64,000 nucleotides of DNA, taken from assembly GCA_951406725.2 (NCBI GenBank), contig OX597824.1:84568001-84632000 (forward strand), read 5' to 3'. This DNA is from Octopus vulgaris. Its lineage: Eukaryota. The notes below the pieces were generated by a model. That model was not told the origin of the DNA, made no database searches, and saw nothing but the letters and a program-made list of their open reading frames with translations. Position numbers and translations under genes: made by a program. Below, one piece after another: positions 27,587 through 40,790 of this stretch; positions within the stretch are counted from its first letter, which is position 1; each line of letters opens with the position of its first letter.

Positions 27587-27959
27587 AATATCTTTAATTG
27601 TGGAAACCAAAGACAGGAAAACGGTTGTTATTTGAGTGAACAGAAAGAATTATGTTAAAAAAACATGCTCAGACAAGTAAATTAATATGGAATGCAGTGG
27701 CAATACATCAATTGTTCAGGTGCCAATACAGTTACTGGTGATTGACTGGCATATGGATTGGGTTATGAACAAAGCCATAGGCATACCTACACAAACGTGC
27801 CCCCATCCTACCTTGTTACCTCAGAGCTCTCAGAATAAAAAAATGAGTATCTTTTTCAAATAAAATTTTCTACAAACACCTTTCAGATAGCGTAGATTAC
27901 ATCGAAATTTAATAATAATAATAATAATGAAATTATTGCATACAGTGCTCAGGCGCACC

Positions 27960-28500
27960 ACAATGCGAGGGGGAAGGAAATGGTGGGCGGCCAACCATAT
28001 AATTCTGACATGGTCACATTTTTTTTCAAAAGTTTAAGTTTCATTTTGTAATATATGTGATGTGTGCCAGTGATTGTAATCTACACCATCTGAAAGGTAT
28101 TTGTGGGAAATTTCATTAAAAAAATACCGATTTTTCTGAAAGATATGGGAAAACAAAGTCAATCCGTGCGAGTTATCCGAAACTACCGCCTCCGAAAAAG
28201 AAATTCTTCACAACAAAATCCCTATATAATCGTAGTCAGCACTATGTGAAAGGTATTTGTAGCAAATTTCATTAAAAGATACCTATTTTTCTGAAACGTA
28301 TGAGGAAACAAAGTCGAGGGGGGACGACGCTTGTAAAGGTATTCATTTTCGTTACATAGTGTCTACGAGTGCGTATGCTGGCGAAGGATTTAAAAAAACC
28401 CACATCAGCGACAGTCAAGGTGAATTAAGGTGGACCTGCTTAGATATATGGCTTGGTTTGACTTTTCCTACACAACACAGTTATTATATAATATAAGTTA
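27960..28500 (-). mobile_element. Helitron-like relic with an internal ~155-bp period repeat
   Basis: GAAAGGTATTTGT..AAATTTCATTAAAA..AAACAAAGTC repeated at about 28092 and 28248. Confidence 0.4.
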
Positions 28501-28961
28501 TAAGATAACTTTGGCACATTTGTAAAGTACACCACACACACACACACGATATAAAAAAAAAAGATCCGAAAGTATTCGATAATGAAACTTGTGTGAATGC
28601 CAAATATTCCAGTAAGTATTTGTGTACTTTCGTTTTCGATTTATCGATTTGTTCGAAATCTATTCGGATTTCTTTTTTTTTTTTTGACTAACAACGTCCA
28701 CAGAAAGTGTCTGATAAGGTCACTTTGTTTCATAATTGCCGGGCTATGGGAAGGCGGTTCGGGAATTTAGAATCCCGCTTCTCGGGCTAAACTGAACGCT
28801 TCTCCGTTGAGGAATAAGTAAAATTAAAGTGAATAGTTAAGTATGCTTGGAGATTAGCTAGGACAAAACAAAACCGTTTTTAACTGTCTGCAAACATCAG
28901 TATATACTAGGGTATACAGTAATTTCTCGCCATATCGCAGTTTATTATTTAAGCATATTGA

Positions 28962-29365
28962 AAGGCAGCGAGCTGGTAGAATCGTTAGCACGCCGGACGA
29001 AAAATGCTTAGCGATATTTCGCCCGTCGCTACGTTCTTAGTTCAAATTCTGCTGAGGTCAACTTTGCCTTTCATCCTTTCGGGGGTCGATTAAATAAGTA
29101 CCAGTTACGCACTGGAGTCGATGTAATCGACTTAATCCGTTTGTCTGTCCTTGTTCGTCCCCTCTGTGTTTAGCCCCTCGTGAGTAGTAAAGAAATAGGT
29201 ATTTCGTCTGCCGTTACGTTCTGAGTTCAAATTTTGCTTAGGTTGACTTTGCATTTCACCCTTTCGGGGTCGATAAATTAAGTACCAGTTACATACTGGG
29301 ATCGACATTATCGACTAGTCCCCTGCCCCAAAATTCTAGGCCTTGCGCCTATAGTAAAAAGGATT
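28962..29365 (+). mobile_element. SINE family B dimer
   Basis: Two units with the standard junction. Confidence 0.85.
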
Positions 29366-29509
29366 ATTTAAGCTTACGTCGATTCCTCCGTGGTGTTATT
29401 TTGAATTTATAATGAATATATACAATACTGTTTCTACTTCGCGGGTGGTTTTGAAACATAACAGCTGCGACAGTCGAGAGATTACTGTATATCAGAAATG
29501 TAAATTATT

Positions 29510-29900
29510 AGCAGCGGTGGCTGTGTGGTAAGTAGCTTGCTTACCAACCACATGGTTCCGGGTTCATTACCACTGCGTGGTACGTTGAGCAAGTGTCTTT
29601 TACTATAGCCTCGGGCTGACCAAAGCCTTGTGAGTGAATTTGGTAGACGGAAACTGAAAGAAGCCCATCGTATATATGTATATGTATGCGTGTGTATATG
29701 TTGTGCATCTGTGTTTATCCCCCCAACATCGCTTGACAACCGATGCTGGTGTGTTTAGGTCCCTGTAACTTAGCGGTTCAGCAAAAAAGACCGATAGAAT
29801 AAGTACTGAGCTTACAAAGAATAAGTCCTGGAGTCGATTTGATTTGACTAAAGGCGGTGCTCCAGCATGGCCGCAGTCAAATGATTGAAACAAGTAAAGC
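29510..29900 (+). mobile_element. SINE family A, full length
   Basis: Matches family A. Confidence 0.88.
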
Positions 29901-31540
29901 AAAGCAATAAAAAAAAACATGCAAATAAACATTGATTTCAAATTTTGCCACAAGGCCAGCAAATTCGTGGGAGGGAGTAAATCGTTTAAATTGACCCCAG
30001 CCCTCAACTGATACATATCTTATCGGCTCCGAAAAGATGAAAAGCAAAGTCGACCTCGACGGAATTTGAACTCAGAACGGGAAAACGGACGAAATGCCGT
30101 TAAGCATTTTGTCTGGGACGGTAACAATTCTGCCATTTCGCCGCCTTCAGTTCGTGAATATATATTAAAAATACATCTCTCTCTATATATATACCCACGA
30201 CTTTAGGCGTCTATGCTAGAGTCAGAACAAACGTGATTTTTCTCGGTAAAAATACAGCATTACTGGCTTATTTACTATTTGCTCTGCTCGTCTCGTGCTC
30301 CTCTGAGCTTAAACTTTGAAGCACAAGGCCTATTTAGACCTTAGACAGGAGGTACTGGTTTACATAATATCAGGGCATATTCACAAACCATTGGATCTAT
30401 GCCACATACATCTATAGTCAATCCTACGTCAAGCTCGTATCTCTTAACCACAGAATAATTTTCTGCTATTAGTTGGGACCCTTGACAGGTACTACCACCC
30501 CGAGCCGGAGTAGATCCGGGAATTGTAGAGACTAAAGCATATCTCTATAGCCTTCGAAACTTCTAAATTTCGTGCTGGAGACTCGCCAACGGATGTGGTT
30601 TAATGTTTAGTTCAGGATATGTATTTATATCAGTTTAGTGCAAACAGGCATCGTTTTATCGTAGGCATCTCTGACGACGCTTTCACTTTCCAAGAAACTA
30701 TCATTTTTTCAGTAAATAAATAAAATAATATTCACATCAACCACAAATTTTCAGTTTGGCAAAAAGCTTTCGTTTTAGGGCCAGAAATTTTCACACGGCG
30801 GGCAGTGACAGGGAAATTAAGTTCCTGACCTTCGCTCAATTCTATCCATTGACAATGCGTTCGTGTCAGGAGCTAACTTGTACTAAAATTGTGAATTTTG
30901 AGAGGGGAAAGTGGTGACAGCTTAGTGAATGGGATATTAAGTACGTTTTCGTGTCTATTATAGAACCATCTTGTACTTTAACTGTGAAAATTGTAGGATG
31001 GCGTCAACAAGAGACATACAGCTGCCTCTTGAAATCATGGGAGAGGAAAAGGGTATCTTTTATTTGTTTTTGTTATTGCACTGTGGTCATACTGGGTTAC
31101 CGCCTTGAAGGGTTTTACTCGAACCTTAGTACTTATTTTTTTTAAAGCTTTGTATTTATTCTATCAGCTTCTTTTTGCTAAACTACTAAGTAAACAAACC
31201 AGCAACGGTTGTCAAGTGGTAGTGGGGACAAACAGACACACACGCTTACACACAAACATTATGTATATATATATATGTGTGTGCATATATGCCAAACATT
31301 ATGTATATATATTAGTTTATAGAAAAACATAAATCTGGAGAAGCACACTCTAAGATCTAAAGCAGTTAATACTATAATGGGGCAGAGGTGGATTCAGAGT
31401 ATTAAGGGCACTCGGGCATAACTGTTTACCGGGCCCCCTTGAATGTGCGTTTTAGTAGAGTTAACATATTCAGTGCGGGCCCCTCAGAGCTCTGGCCCTT
31501 CGGGCAGTGCCCTACAGACTGACGACTCAGTCTGCCCCTG

Positions 31541-31766
31541 TAGTAGAGTAGGCCGGTTTATGAAGTTACCTTCGGTTTCTCGCTCATAAGGAGTTTAGCT
31601 TTATGGCATATCTTCAAACCCCAAACACTGCTGGCCTGAGACGTCTTTAAAAAATTTTAAAGAGGTCTCAGGCCAGCAGTGTTTGGGGTCTGAAGATACT
31701 CCGTAAGGCTAAACCTCTTATGAGCGAGAAACCCAGGGTAACCCCATAAACCGGCCTACGCCACTA
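31541..31766. mobile_element. Imperfect 226-bp palindrome, probably a Penelope-like inverted end pair
   Basis: Arms GTAGGCCGGTTTATG.../...CATAAACCGGCCTAC, each carrying a hammerhead-like motif, next to a TA/TG microsatellite. Confidence 0.65.
31681..31751 (+). ncRNA. Type I hammerhead ribozyme motif in the right arm of a foldback element
   Basis: UGGGGU-CUGAAGA-[stem II CGUAAG/CUUAUG]-GAAA-CCCAGGG-UA-ACCCCA; stem I is UGGGGU/ACCCCA. Confidence 0.75.
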
Positions 31767-31812
31767 TATGTATGTGTGTGTGTTATATAAATACATATAT
31801 ATATACATATAA

Positions 31813-32093
31813 AGACCCCCTTCGGTCATGACTGACCACGGGATTGCACCTAGAAAGTCACCCTCCAAGGCACAAGTCCAGGCAAGGTTGTTTATGGAAG
31901 ACCAGCAGTCGCCCATGCATACCAGCCTCTCCTCTCCACACCAGTGATGTTATCAAACTCATTTCTACAGCTGAGTGAACTGGAGCAACGCGAAAAAAGT
32001 GTCACACACACACATACGGCCTGGTACGAGAATCGAACTCACTACCTCATGATTGTGAGCCCCAGGCTCTAACCACTGAGCCATGCGCCTTCA
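31813..32093 (-). mobile_element. SINE family D
   Basis: Matches the 9173 copy. Confidence 0.8.
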
Positions 32094-32264
32094 TCCGCAT
32101 GGCTGAAACGAGTAAAAGAAGGCGTGGCTAGTGGTAAGAAGCTTGCGTGGCACCTTGAGCAAGTGTCTTCTGCTACAGCCTCAGGCCGACCAAAGCCTTG
32201 TGAGTGGATTTGGTAGGCGGAAACCGAAAGAAGCCTGTCGTGTGTGTGTGTGTGTCTTTATATA

Positions 32265-32780
32265 GTGCGTAACTGGTGCTTATTTAATCGACCCCGAAAG
32301 GATGAAAGGCAAAGTCGACCTCGGCGGTATTTGAACTCAGATCGTAACGGCAGACGAAATACCTATTTCTTTACTACCCACAAGGGGCTAAACAAAGAGG
32401 GGACAAACAAGGACAGACGAACAGATTAAGTTGATTACATCGACCCCAGTGCGTAACTGGTACTTAATTTATCGACCCCGAAAGGATGAAAGGCAAAGTC
32501 GACCTCGGCGGTATTTGAACTCAGATCGTAACGGCGGACGAAATACCTATTTCTTTACTACCCACAAGGGGCTAAACAAAGAGGGGACAAACAAGGACAG
32601 ACGAACAGATTAAGTTGATTACATCGACTCCAGTGCGTAACTGGTACTTAATTTATCGACCCCGAAAGGATGAAAGGCAAAGTCGACCTCGGCGGAATTT
32701 GAACTCAGGACGTAACGGCGGACGAAATATATCTGCACATTTTGCCCGGCGTGCTAACGTTTCTGCCAGCTCACCGCCTT
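32265..32780 (-). mobile_element. SINE family B trimer
   Basis: Three units with a 184-bp period (junctions at 32356 and 32540). Confidence 0.88.
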
Positions 32781-33299
32781 AACGTGTACAAATAATACAA
32801 GTCAATTAGAAAGATATGGTTGCGCATGCACACATATGCATGAATCACTAATGCTAACATGAATTGGACCGTATGGTTCAATGAGATCACGGGTTTTCCC
32901 TGATCAGGCTATAATGTATGTTGTTTACGTAATTTGATAAGTTTATTCTTCAGATCTATCAGTGTTTTTTTCCTTTCTATTGTTCCTGAATCACTTGTTT
33001 ATATTAAAGTTCTGCTTCAACGTTAATGCCTTTGTTTTTACGTATACAAGTGTTGCGCGAGTAATGTCAGAAAAAGTTATATACAGTAGTATAAAAAAAT
33101 TTTAAATGGAGACGGAAAAGCTAAAAAAAACAACCAATCTTATATGTATTTATTAAAATGTATTTTGTTTGCGTGCGTGTGTGTGTGTGATGTGTTTATA
33201 GATCGAGGTTAACCTTGATCACGAGCACGAGACGAGCAGGGCAAACCTGTTGATCAGTGTTCCAATCATAACCGAATCTAGTCAGGCGCTGCTTTTGCT

Positions 33300-34100
33300 G
33301 TCAATAGCCACTGCGTGGAGGACTGGGCATCCCGTCGCTGATGATGTACAGGCAAGCGCTGAGGCTGCGACAGACATCTCCAGAGATTACTTGACGGTGA
33401 ACAGATGCAATTGCCTATAGCTCGTCTCCTTAACACAGCTCAAGTCTTGGGCCAAGCGAAGACTGAGACAGGACACTTTGTATGTAGAATGTTATCGTGC
33501 TCACAGCCCTCTACCAATCGAGCAATAGCCGGAGGTGGAAATTTCACGTTGGCGTTTACGAGATGATTGGGGGAGAGCAAAAGCGATATCGTTCTCTGGG
33601 AATTTCTGAGCGTCGATGGAAATCAAACACCCGGTTTGTTCAGGGCTTTCGAGCCGGAACTTATGGATCCGAGATAAACTCTACAAAAAAGAAAATACTG
33701 TAAGCCAGGTCTGCCCGAGCTACGCACAGGAGACGAAACCGTTTTGTACACATTGCTCACTTGTGGAGTTACGTCGAACAGCTGCCATCCCGTGTTGGAC
33801 AGATCTGGCTATCAGCTGAATTCATAATGAAGATCGTCCCGCCACCTTCCTTTGGCTGGAAAGGGCTGACAGTTTTTGACTTGTAGCTTTGGAGGAAGAG
33901 GTTGTGATGGATGCGATTGAAAGGCCTGAAGGCAGGGACCTTCTTCTTTGGTCAGCTTTTGCAAGTTTTACTTGAAAAGGAAAATAAAGTTAGAGGACCA
34001 AATGTTGCCTCCTAGCAAATTTCAGAATGGTTAGCATGGTCCGAGTGAACGGGCCTACACTGAGCATGCACCTGTACATTGGAAAAAGATAACTGGAAGA
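33300..34100 (+). mobile_element. Degenerate L1/Tx1-like LINE 3' coding relic
   Basis: Frameshifted RDKLY..VCP....DETVLYTLLTC, resembling the C-terminal CCHC region. Confidence 0.45.
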
Positions 34101-34239
34101 GGGCATTTTGTCTTAGTGTTCAGAGTTACCATGGCTGTGAGGTTTCCTCAAATATTCACCCGCTTTGGGGGAGTTTTCGTTTTCTGTTTGTTTACATTTT
34201 TTTACTATAAATTCTACACTGAATCGTCCTCTGTCATTT

Positions 34240-34860
34240 TATCAATGATAAACAACGAGGCTGGAACATATTAATGCAGCATATGGGGATCGGACAATAA
34301 GCGTAAGCCAGTGTCAACGGTGCCTCCAGAAATTACGAACCGGAAACTACAACCTAGAAGACGAGTCTCGTCCTTGAAGATCTATAGAGCTCGACGAGGA
34401 CATCCAGCAAATCCTGGTGGAACAAAATCCCATTGTAACTGTTGAGGAACTAGCAGAAAAGCTTGGATTTGCTCATTCAACCATTCATCGACACCTGCGT
34501 ACAATCGGAAAGTCAGCAAACTGGGTCAATGGATTTCTCACAAACTTTCCGAGTCTAATCGTACGCAGAGAGTGAATGTGTGTTCTTCTTTGCTGTTATG
34601 TCTCACGAATGAACCTATTTTCGACCGAATAGTGACTGGTGACGAGAAATGAGTTCCCTATAAAAATGTCAAGCGCCGAAGACAATGGGTAGGGAAAGGA
34701 GAAACACCGGTACCCCATGTTAAAGGTCTTCACCCACGTAAGTTGTTATCTGTTTGGTGGGATATGAAAGGTTTAGTCCACTTTGAACTCTTAAACCTAA
34801 ACCAAACGATAACAAAGGAGTGAACGGTTAGAAACCAGGTTGGAATGCTTTTCTATGAGA
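34240..34860 (+). mobile_element. mariner transposase relic
   Basis: TVEELAEKLG..HSTIHRHL, RIVTGDEK*, SVWWDMKG motifs with stops and frameshifts. Confidence 0.8.
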
Positions 34861-35087
34861 GTGGGGTGGTTAAGAAGGGAAGAAGCGACAGGAAAGTTGA
34901 TGAGATAAAAGTTTGAGTGTATTTGTATCTGGAGACGTCAGGATTTGACCTCGGAATTCCAACTATGAACTCCACACTGGATTACCTACTGTCCGGGTCA
35001 TTTTTGTGTATATATATATATATGTGTATATATATGCATGTATATATACGTAAAATTCATATGTAATATCCACGAAAACGAGTATAT

Positions 35088-35316
35088 ATGAAGGGGTGGT
35101 GCAGAAAAGTTCCTGGCCTTAAGGGTGTCGCGAACGGCACGGTTGGAGGCCTAACCTTCCGAGTTCTTTCACAGGGCTTAAATTTAAACTGAGGGGCCGC
35201 TGCAATAAGTGTGTGAATCTGAGAAGGAAATACGTTCAATAATAAAATCATAATTAACTGATCCTCCTGTATTTTCTTTTCCCCAAAGCCAGAAACTTTT
35301 CAGTTACCCCCCTCTT
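35088..35316. mobile_element. mariner-like MITE
   Basis: Degenerate TIRs GAAAAGTTCCTGGC/GCCAGAAACTTTTC. Confidence 0.55.
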
Positions 35317-35419
35317 ACATAATACACACGCGAGTGCGCACATTCAGAAGTTATATATGAATGAGAAATAGAATAGGTAGGCTGAAAGCAGTTGTAGAAC
35401 ATCGACACTGAACTTAAGT

Positions 35420-35870
35420 GGTAATAACAATACAGAAGATATCAAATATATTAAAAAATAGCAGTGAAACGAAACCTGACACTTCGGTATGGCATCTCAG
35501 ATGTACCTTGCGAGGAAGAAACGGTGGTAAGAATGAAGGAAGAAACAAAAGATAGATAATAACACGAATCTATGTGCTGGACTCTTAAAAAAGCTGATAG
35601 AGAGAAAAGACAGTTTCCAACTTTGGTACTGTTGAAGAATTCTGAGAATTAGTTGCACAGAAAAAGAGGACAAAGCCATTTGCGTTGGACGAAACTAGAA
35701 CTGAATGGAGTCTTGTAAAAAAAAAAGCACAAAACTGGACTAGCGAAAACTTAAGATATTTTGAACGTGTCACAGGGCAAATAAATGGTCTACAAAAGTT
35801 GTTGGTTGTTGGAAAAGCTCCTGGAAAAAAAGCCAAGAGGAAGACTTAATAGAAAAAAAAAAACTTATGA
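35420..35870 (+). mobile_element. RTE-like LINE 3' coding relic
   Basis: RILRIS..EKRT...LRYFERVT...GKAPGKKPRGR remnants. Confidence 0.55.
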
Positions 35871-38705
35871 CATAAAAATAACAAGGTTGAAAGCTGTAAC
35901 AAGAGCAGCGAATCAAATATATATACATGGGAGACAGAGAAGGCACATCGCAAGCAGTAGAGAGATATACCGGTGGATAGAGAGACAGGTGAATAGATGG
36001 ATGAGAGAGAAAAAAATGTGCGTGTGTGTATGAGAGAGAGAGAGGGTTTTATCTGGTAAATTATATAAAAGCATAAACACATCCGCTGACAATAACTAGT
36101 TGGCATTACGTAAGTGGAACAGTGCATGTGTACGCGCCCATTTCATACATTTTAGTGCGGTGCACGAGGTCTTCCTTTACGTTGAGGAAGCCCCAGATAT
36201 CCAGAAATGCGAGATGTGCTAGTTGTAAGTGTAACTAGCAAGATATACAAAAGATATCTATCTAATAACACACGTAGAATTACTGGTTCTATATATCTTG
36301 ACTATTTCATACACACATAAACTACACACTATTTATATATACTTACACACACAAACACATATATCACACAGATTACACATACATTTATACATCCTGCAAC
36401 AAAAATAAAAGTACGATATCGTTTCCACAAAGACATCAGGACAAATTACTGTACAGAAAGTTTACGACATACGAATATATAATATCAGTTATTAACATAA
36501 GCCCAATATCACAAGTCTCTTAAATGATCCAATATTTATTAGTCTGGTATCTAATTTATAAGCGGGGTAACGTAGTCCTGGTAACATTACATTTAAACAA
36601 AGAACTAGATAATCACGGCCATGGAAAGCCCTTTCAACACAGACCTACTCAATCAAGGCTGGTCTGGGGTTAAATAACTCCATCGTCAGTGAATGCACGA
36701 ATGCCGTGGTCGTTCGAGCTGCCAGAAATAGCAACCAATCTTCTTCGCATCATATCTTACCGTCTCAAAGAACCACTGGATTGTGTAGTCGTAGACTATA
36801 AACGAAATGGTTATGGCTAGAATGATATTGATTATAAGCCAGTTCGATTAGGACAGACCCAGAGAGAGATAAAACAACACTAGACGGATGGATAGTTAAC
36901 GAAGTCAACCCCAGCTACTCAACCACCTTAAAGCATTTGAACTCAAAAGTAAAGAGATGAGCAGTGATGACGATTTCTTAAATTTGGCAGGAGGCCAGAA
37001 ATTGGAGGGAAAGAAATAATCGATTATTTGATTCCGTACTTCATTGGTACTTTAAATTCAGAACTTAAGAGAACCGGAACAAATATTGCCAGGCATTATT
37101 CTGCCCAATCAAGTGCTTTTGTAATAAAGAATAAAAATTTAAAAAATATTGATTTTCATAACAACAGTCACAAGGCCACAGATTGAGGAAGGAGTTGGGA
37201 ACAGGCGATTTATCAAACACTCCAGGTGTTGGGGCTAGTTAATTTATCAGTGGCAATTAGGAAGTTAGAACTAGGTGGATGGATTGTAGTTTTGAACATT
37301 TAGCGCCCCAAGAACAAAATGGGTGCATTATTTAATCGACCAAGAGAAATGAAAATCCAAGACGATCTCAGGCAGAATTCCAATTTCAGAAAGAGGAGGG
37401 AATAATAACTAATTAGGCTAAGTATGACGCTTTGCTGGGCATCCCTGTCGATTCTGGCATCAACTAAAAATACACCCACTGAATATATAATAAAGAGTGC
37501 AAAATGGTATATTCCAAAAAAAAAAAAACCACTTACAAAACGAACGACCTTAACAGAAGGATGGGTATATATGTGTGTACATACATACATACATATACAC
37601 ACATATTCAATTTTTGAAATGTTACAGTTTGTCAACGAAAGAGAATACTCAGTCCTTGGTATAGAGTATAGTTTATTTCAGGCTTTAAAGTACGGGATAC
37701 CCATATTGGGTACGCCTTGTATATATATATATTAAATATAAGCATTTAGCACTGAACAGAGACATAAATGGATTATTTTATGTATTGGTTACTCAAGACG
37801 CTTGACACCGTTCTCAACGCTTCCACACTCCAATACACACACACGCACACATTGTTCGATATTATTATTCATGTTTTGTAATGTCCAATTTTATTTTTGT
37901 CGGCCCTGATGACTAATAAAGAAAGGATATTATTATTATTATTATTCATTTTATTAATATTATAAAGGATGGTGGCTTGTCAGAATCGTTAAAAAATCGG
38001 ATAAAATGCCTTGTGGTATTCAGGGTTCAAGTCCGGCCTAGGTCAATTTTGCTTTTCCTCTTTTTGAGACCAATAAAATAAAGTACCCTTCAAGAACTGG
38101 AGTCGATTTAATCGACTTAATCGACTTACACCTCCCACCAAATTTCATGCCTTGTACCCATATCTATTTATTTAGCATGATTCATTTTTGATGGGGTCCT
38201 ATTTAGAGAGGGCACATGAGTGAATGACAGGATGTGTGTGTGTGTGTGTGTGAATACAAATGAATGATAGAATGGGTGAGTGTTGAATAGAAAGTGATAT
38301 AGGGTGTTATAGATGCTATCATTATTGATGTGACGACAGTGTACTACAATCGGTATATTTCTTCGCTCGTAAGCAGAGCCTCATAGTTGGACAAGGGATT
38401 TGGGATCCGTTATACAACCATTACGAGCTTGATGTATTTTTTAGAAAGGATCGGAAGCGAAATATATCAAACGGCCCTGGTACTTCAATATATTACAATA
38501 TTTTATCGTTTGGGTGAAGGATGAAGTTGACCTCAGCATGATCTGAACTGAGAAAGTAAAAGAGCCAAAACAAATACCAACGCTTCGATTCTGCCAAACC
38601 ACATCGCGCTAACAAATGATTTACTAAATATGAATATTACAATAAACCATTCACACGCATACATATAAATTTATCTTCGGTAAAAATTTACCCTATCTTT
38701 CTATC

Positions 38706-38737
<32 letters not shown>

Positions 38738-39355
38738 TATATATATACATTTATATATATGGAGATTTTTTTTATTAGATCAGCAGACCTGTGATCAAAT
38801 GACTCGCAGCATGACAATCCACTTTTGTTTCCAGTCAGAGGTGAATATATAATACTGGTGGCGGGGGCTAATAAAGCTGTTTAGTTCAGGCAAACACTGA
38901 GTAGACTTGTGATAAAAATTTAAAAAAAAGCATTCCAGCCATCGCAAACGTCTTCTTCCTACACTTTTAGAAAATCTATCATCCAATGTGTCTTCTCTTC
39001 CTTAATGAAGACAGTGGTGGAAGGAGTTGGAATCTAAGAGTTGGCTGCTACTTCTAACGGATCGAACACGTGCTATATATATACATATATATAGCTATAT
39101 ATATATACAGTATACATAATGTATCTGACATTACATTATCCAGTGTGTCCTTGTTTCATGAAGATAATAATTAGTAGACTGAGATGCGAGATTTGGCTGT
39201 TATTTCTAGCCGATCTAATATCCGCTTAGAAGTTCGCTCCTTCGTGGCAAAATATGCGAAAGCCTAAGTAGGATGTGTAAAAGAGAAGACGTGCCGAATG
39301 TGATGGAAGGAAGAAAGGTTATTTGTCAGTAAGTAACAACGATAATGACACTTAC

Positions 39356-39607
39356 CTGGCAACGACACACCACATCGGCCGACGTAGCAAGGATGTCGAC
39401 CACTTTTCCCTTTCCTTCGTCTCCCCATTGCGTTCCTACAACAACAGTGACCAGATCGTCGTTGGTCATCTTCGGTTTCTTAGTCTTCGTCTGCTGCTGC
39501 TGTAGGCAATCTACGTCTCCATTGAACTCGGCTGCTTGTGATGTCCCTCCGTTCGTGTCCGCTACCTTATTAAAGCTCGAGTTCACCTTAGCTCTATCTA
39601 GCTCCAT
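39356..39607 (-). CDS. ADSS: Adenylosuccinate synthetase, first coding exon (84 aa)
   Basis: Translates MELDRAK...[32 protein letters not shown], containing the PurA GTP-binding signature QWGDEGKG. Ends at a CAG|GTAAGT donor, phase 0. The start ATG is assumed to be 39607. Confidence 0.95.
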
Positions 39608-39700
39608 GACTGACTTAAACGGCGCGCATGCGTAGCTCGTTAGATATGGCGGGAAACTACGCAACGCGCGCTTTCAACCATTGAAATGCTTCTACTACTA
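39608..39700 (-). promoter_or_regulatory. Putative ADSS proximal promoter/5' UTR with E2F-like and NRF1-like sites
   Basis: CpG-rich patch with TTTCCCGCC (39648-39656, E2F consensus), GCGCATGCGT (39624-39633, NRF1-like) and an Inr-like TCAGT next to the ATG. Confidence 0.5.
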
Positions 39701-40384
39701 TACGCTTCTTTCTTTCTCCCCCCCTCTCTCTCTCTTTCTTTCTTCCTTCCTTCCTTCCTTTCTTTTGTCTTCTACTCCCACCATAAACACGTAGTACTAG
39801 TTTATCCCCTGATTCATTTGCAGATCGAGCAGATTTACTTGATCAAAAGGCATTCCGATTATGACCACCCCATTTTCCCCACCAAATAGTTTATACCTCA
39901 TTCAATGTGATCCTTTTTTAGACGGTAGAGTAATTTGAGAGAGATTTGGCTGTGATTTCTAGCAAGATAGGCGACCATTCAGAGGCCACACCGTTGGATC
40001 GTCTGTTGTTTATAGTTTCAAATCTTTGGTGAATAGGTACTCCAACCATGACTATCCTGGCTGTTTTATTACGTTTTTTTTCCCCAAAAAAATATAATTC
40101 CAAGAGCACATCATCTGATGTCTTTGCTTTCTTAAGACCTGTGATTTTGAAGGAGATTTGACTGCTCAAATGACCGCGTAGGAGATTCCATCGTTGTTTA
40201 CATCGATAATTATACAAAAGGAAATCGAGCGTTCCTTTATATTTTCCTTTCCAATCCTGCTGAAGTTGACTTTGCCGTTCATTCTTCGCGGGTTCACAAA
40301 TTAAAGTACAAAGTGTCGACTAAGAAGTCTATCGAAATTCTATTTACATTTCAGGAATGTTAGAGGACAAACTGGAAGAATCAT

Positions 40385-40790
40385 TACTTATTTCTATTTC
40401 TTTGCTGCCCACAAGGGGCTAAACACAGAGGGGACAAACGGATTAAGTCGATTATATCGACCTCTGTACGTAACTGGTGTTTATCTAATCGATCCCGAAA
40501 GGATGAAAAGCAAAATCGACCTCGGCGGAATTTGAACTCAGAACGTAGCGGCAGACGAAATACCCATTTCTTTACTACCCACAAGGAGCTAAACACAGAG
40601 AGGACAAACAAGGACAGACAAACGGATTAAGTCGATTACATCGACCTCAGTGCGTAACTGGTACTTATTCAATCGACCCCGAAAGGATGAAAGGCAAAGT
40701 CGACCTCGGCGGAATTTGAACTCAGAACGTAGCGGCAGACGAAATACCACTATGTATTTCGCCCGGCGTGCTAACGTTTCTGCCACCGCG
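40385..40790 (-). mobile_element. SINE family B dimer
   Basis: Two units. Confidence 0.85.

Noticed and set aside
39326-39664. ORF-track 112-aa version of ADSS exon 1
   Set aside because: It uses a non-ATG start and reads through the GTAAGT donor; trimmed to 39356-39607.
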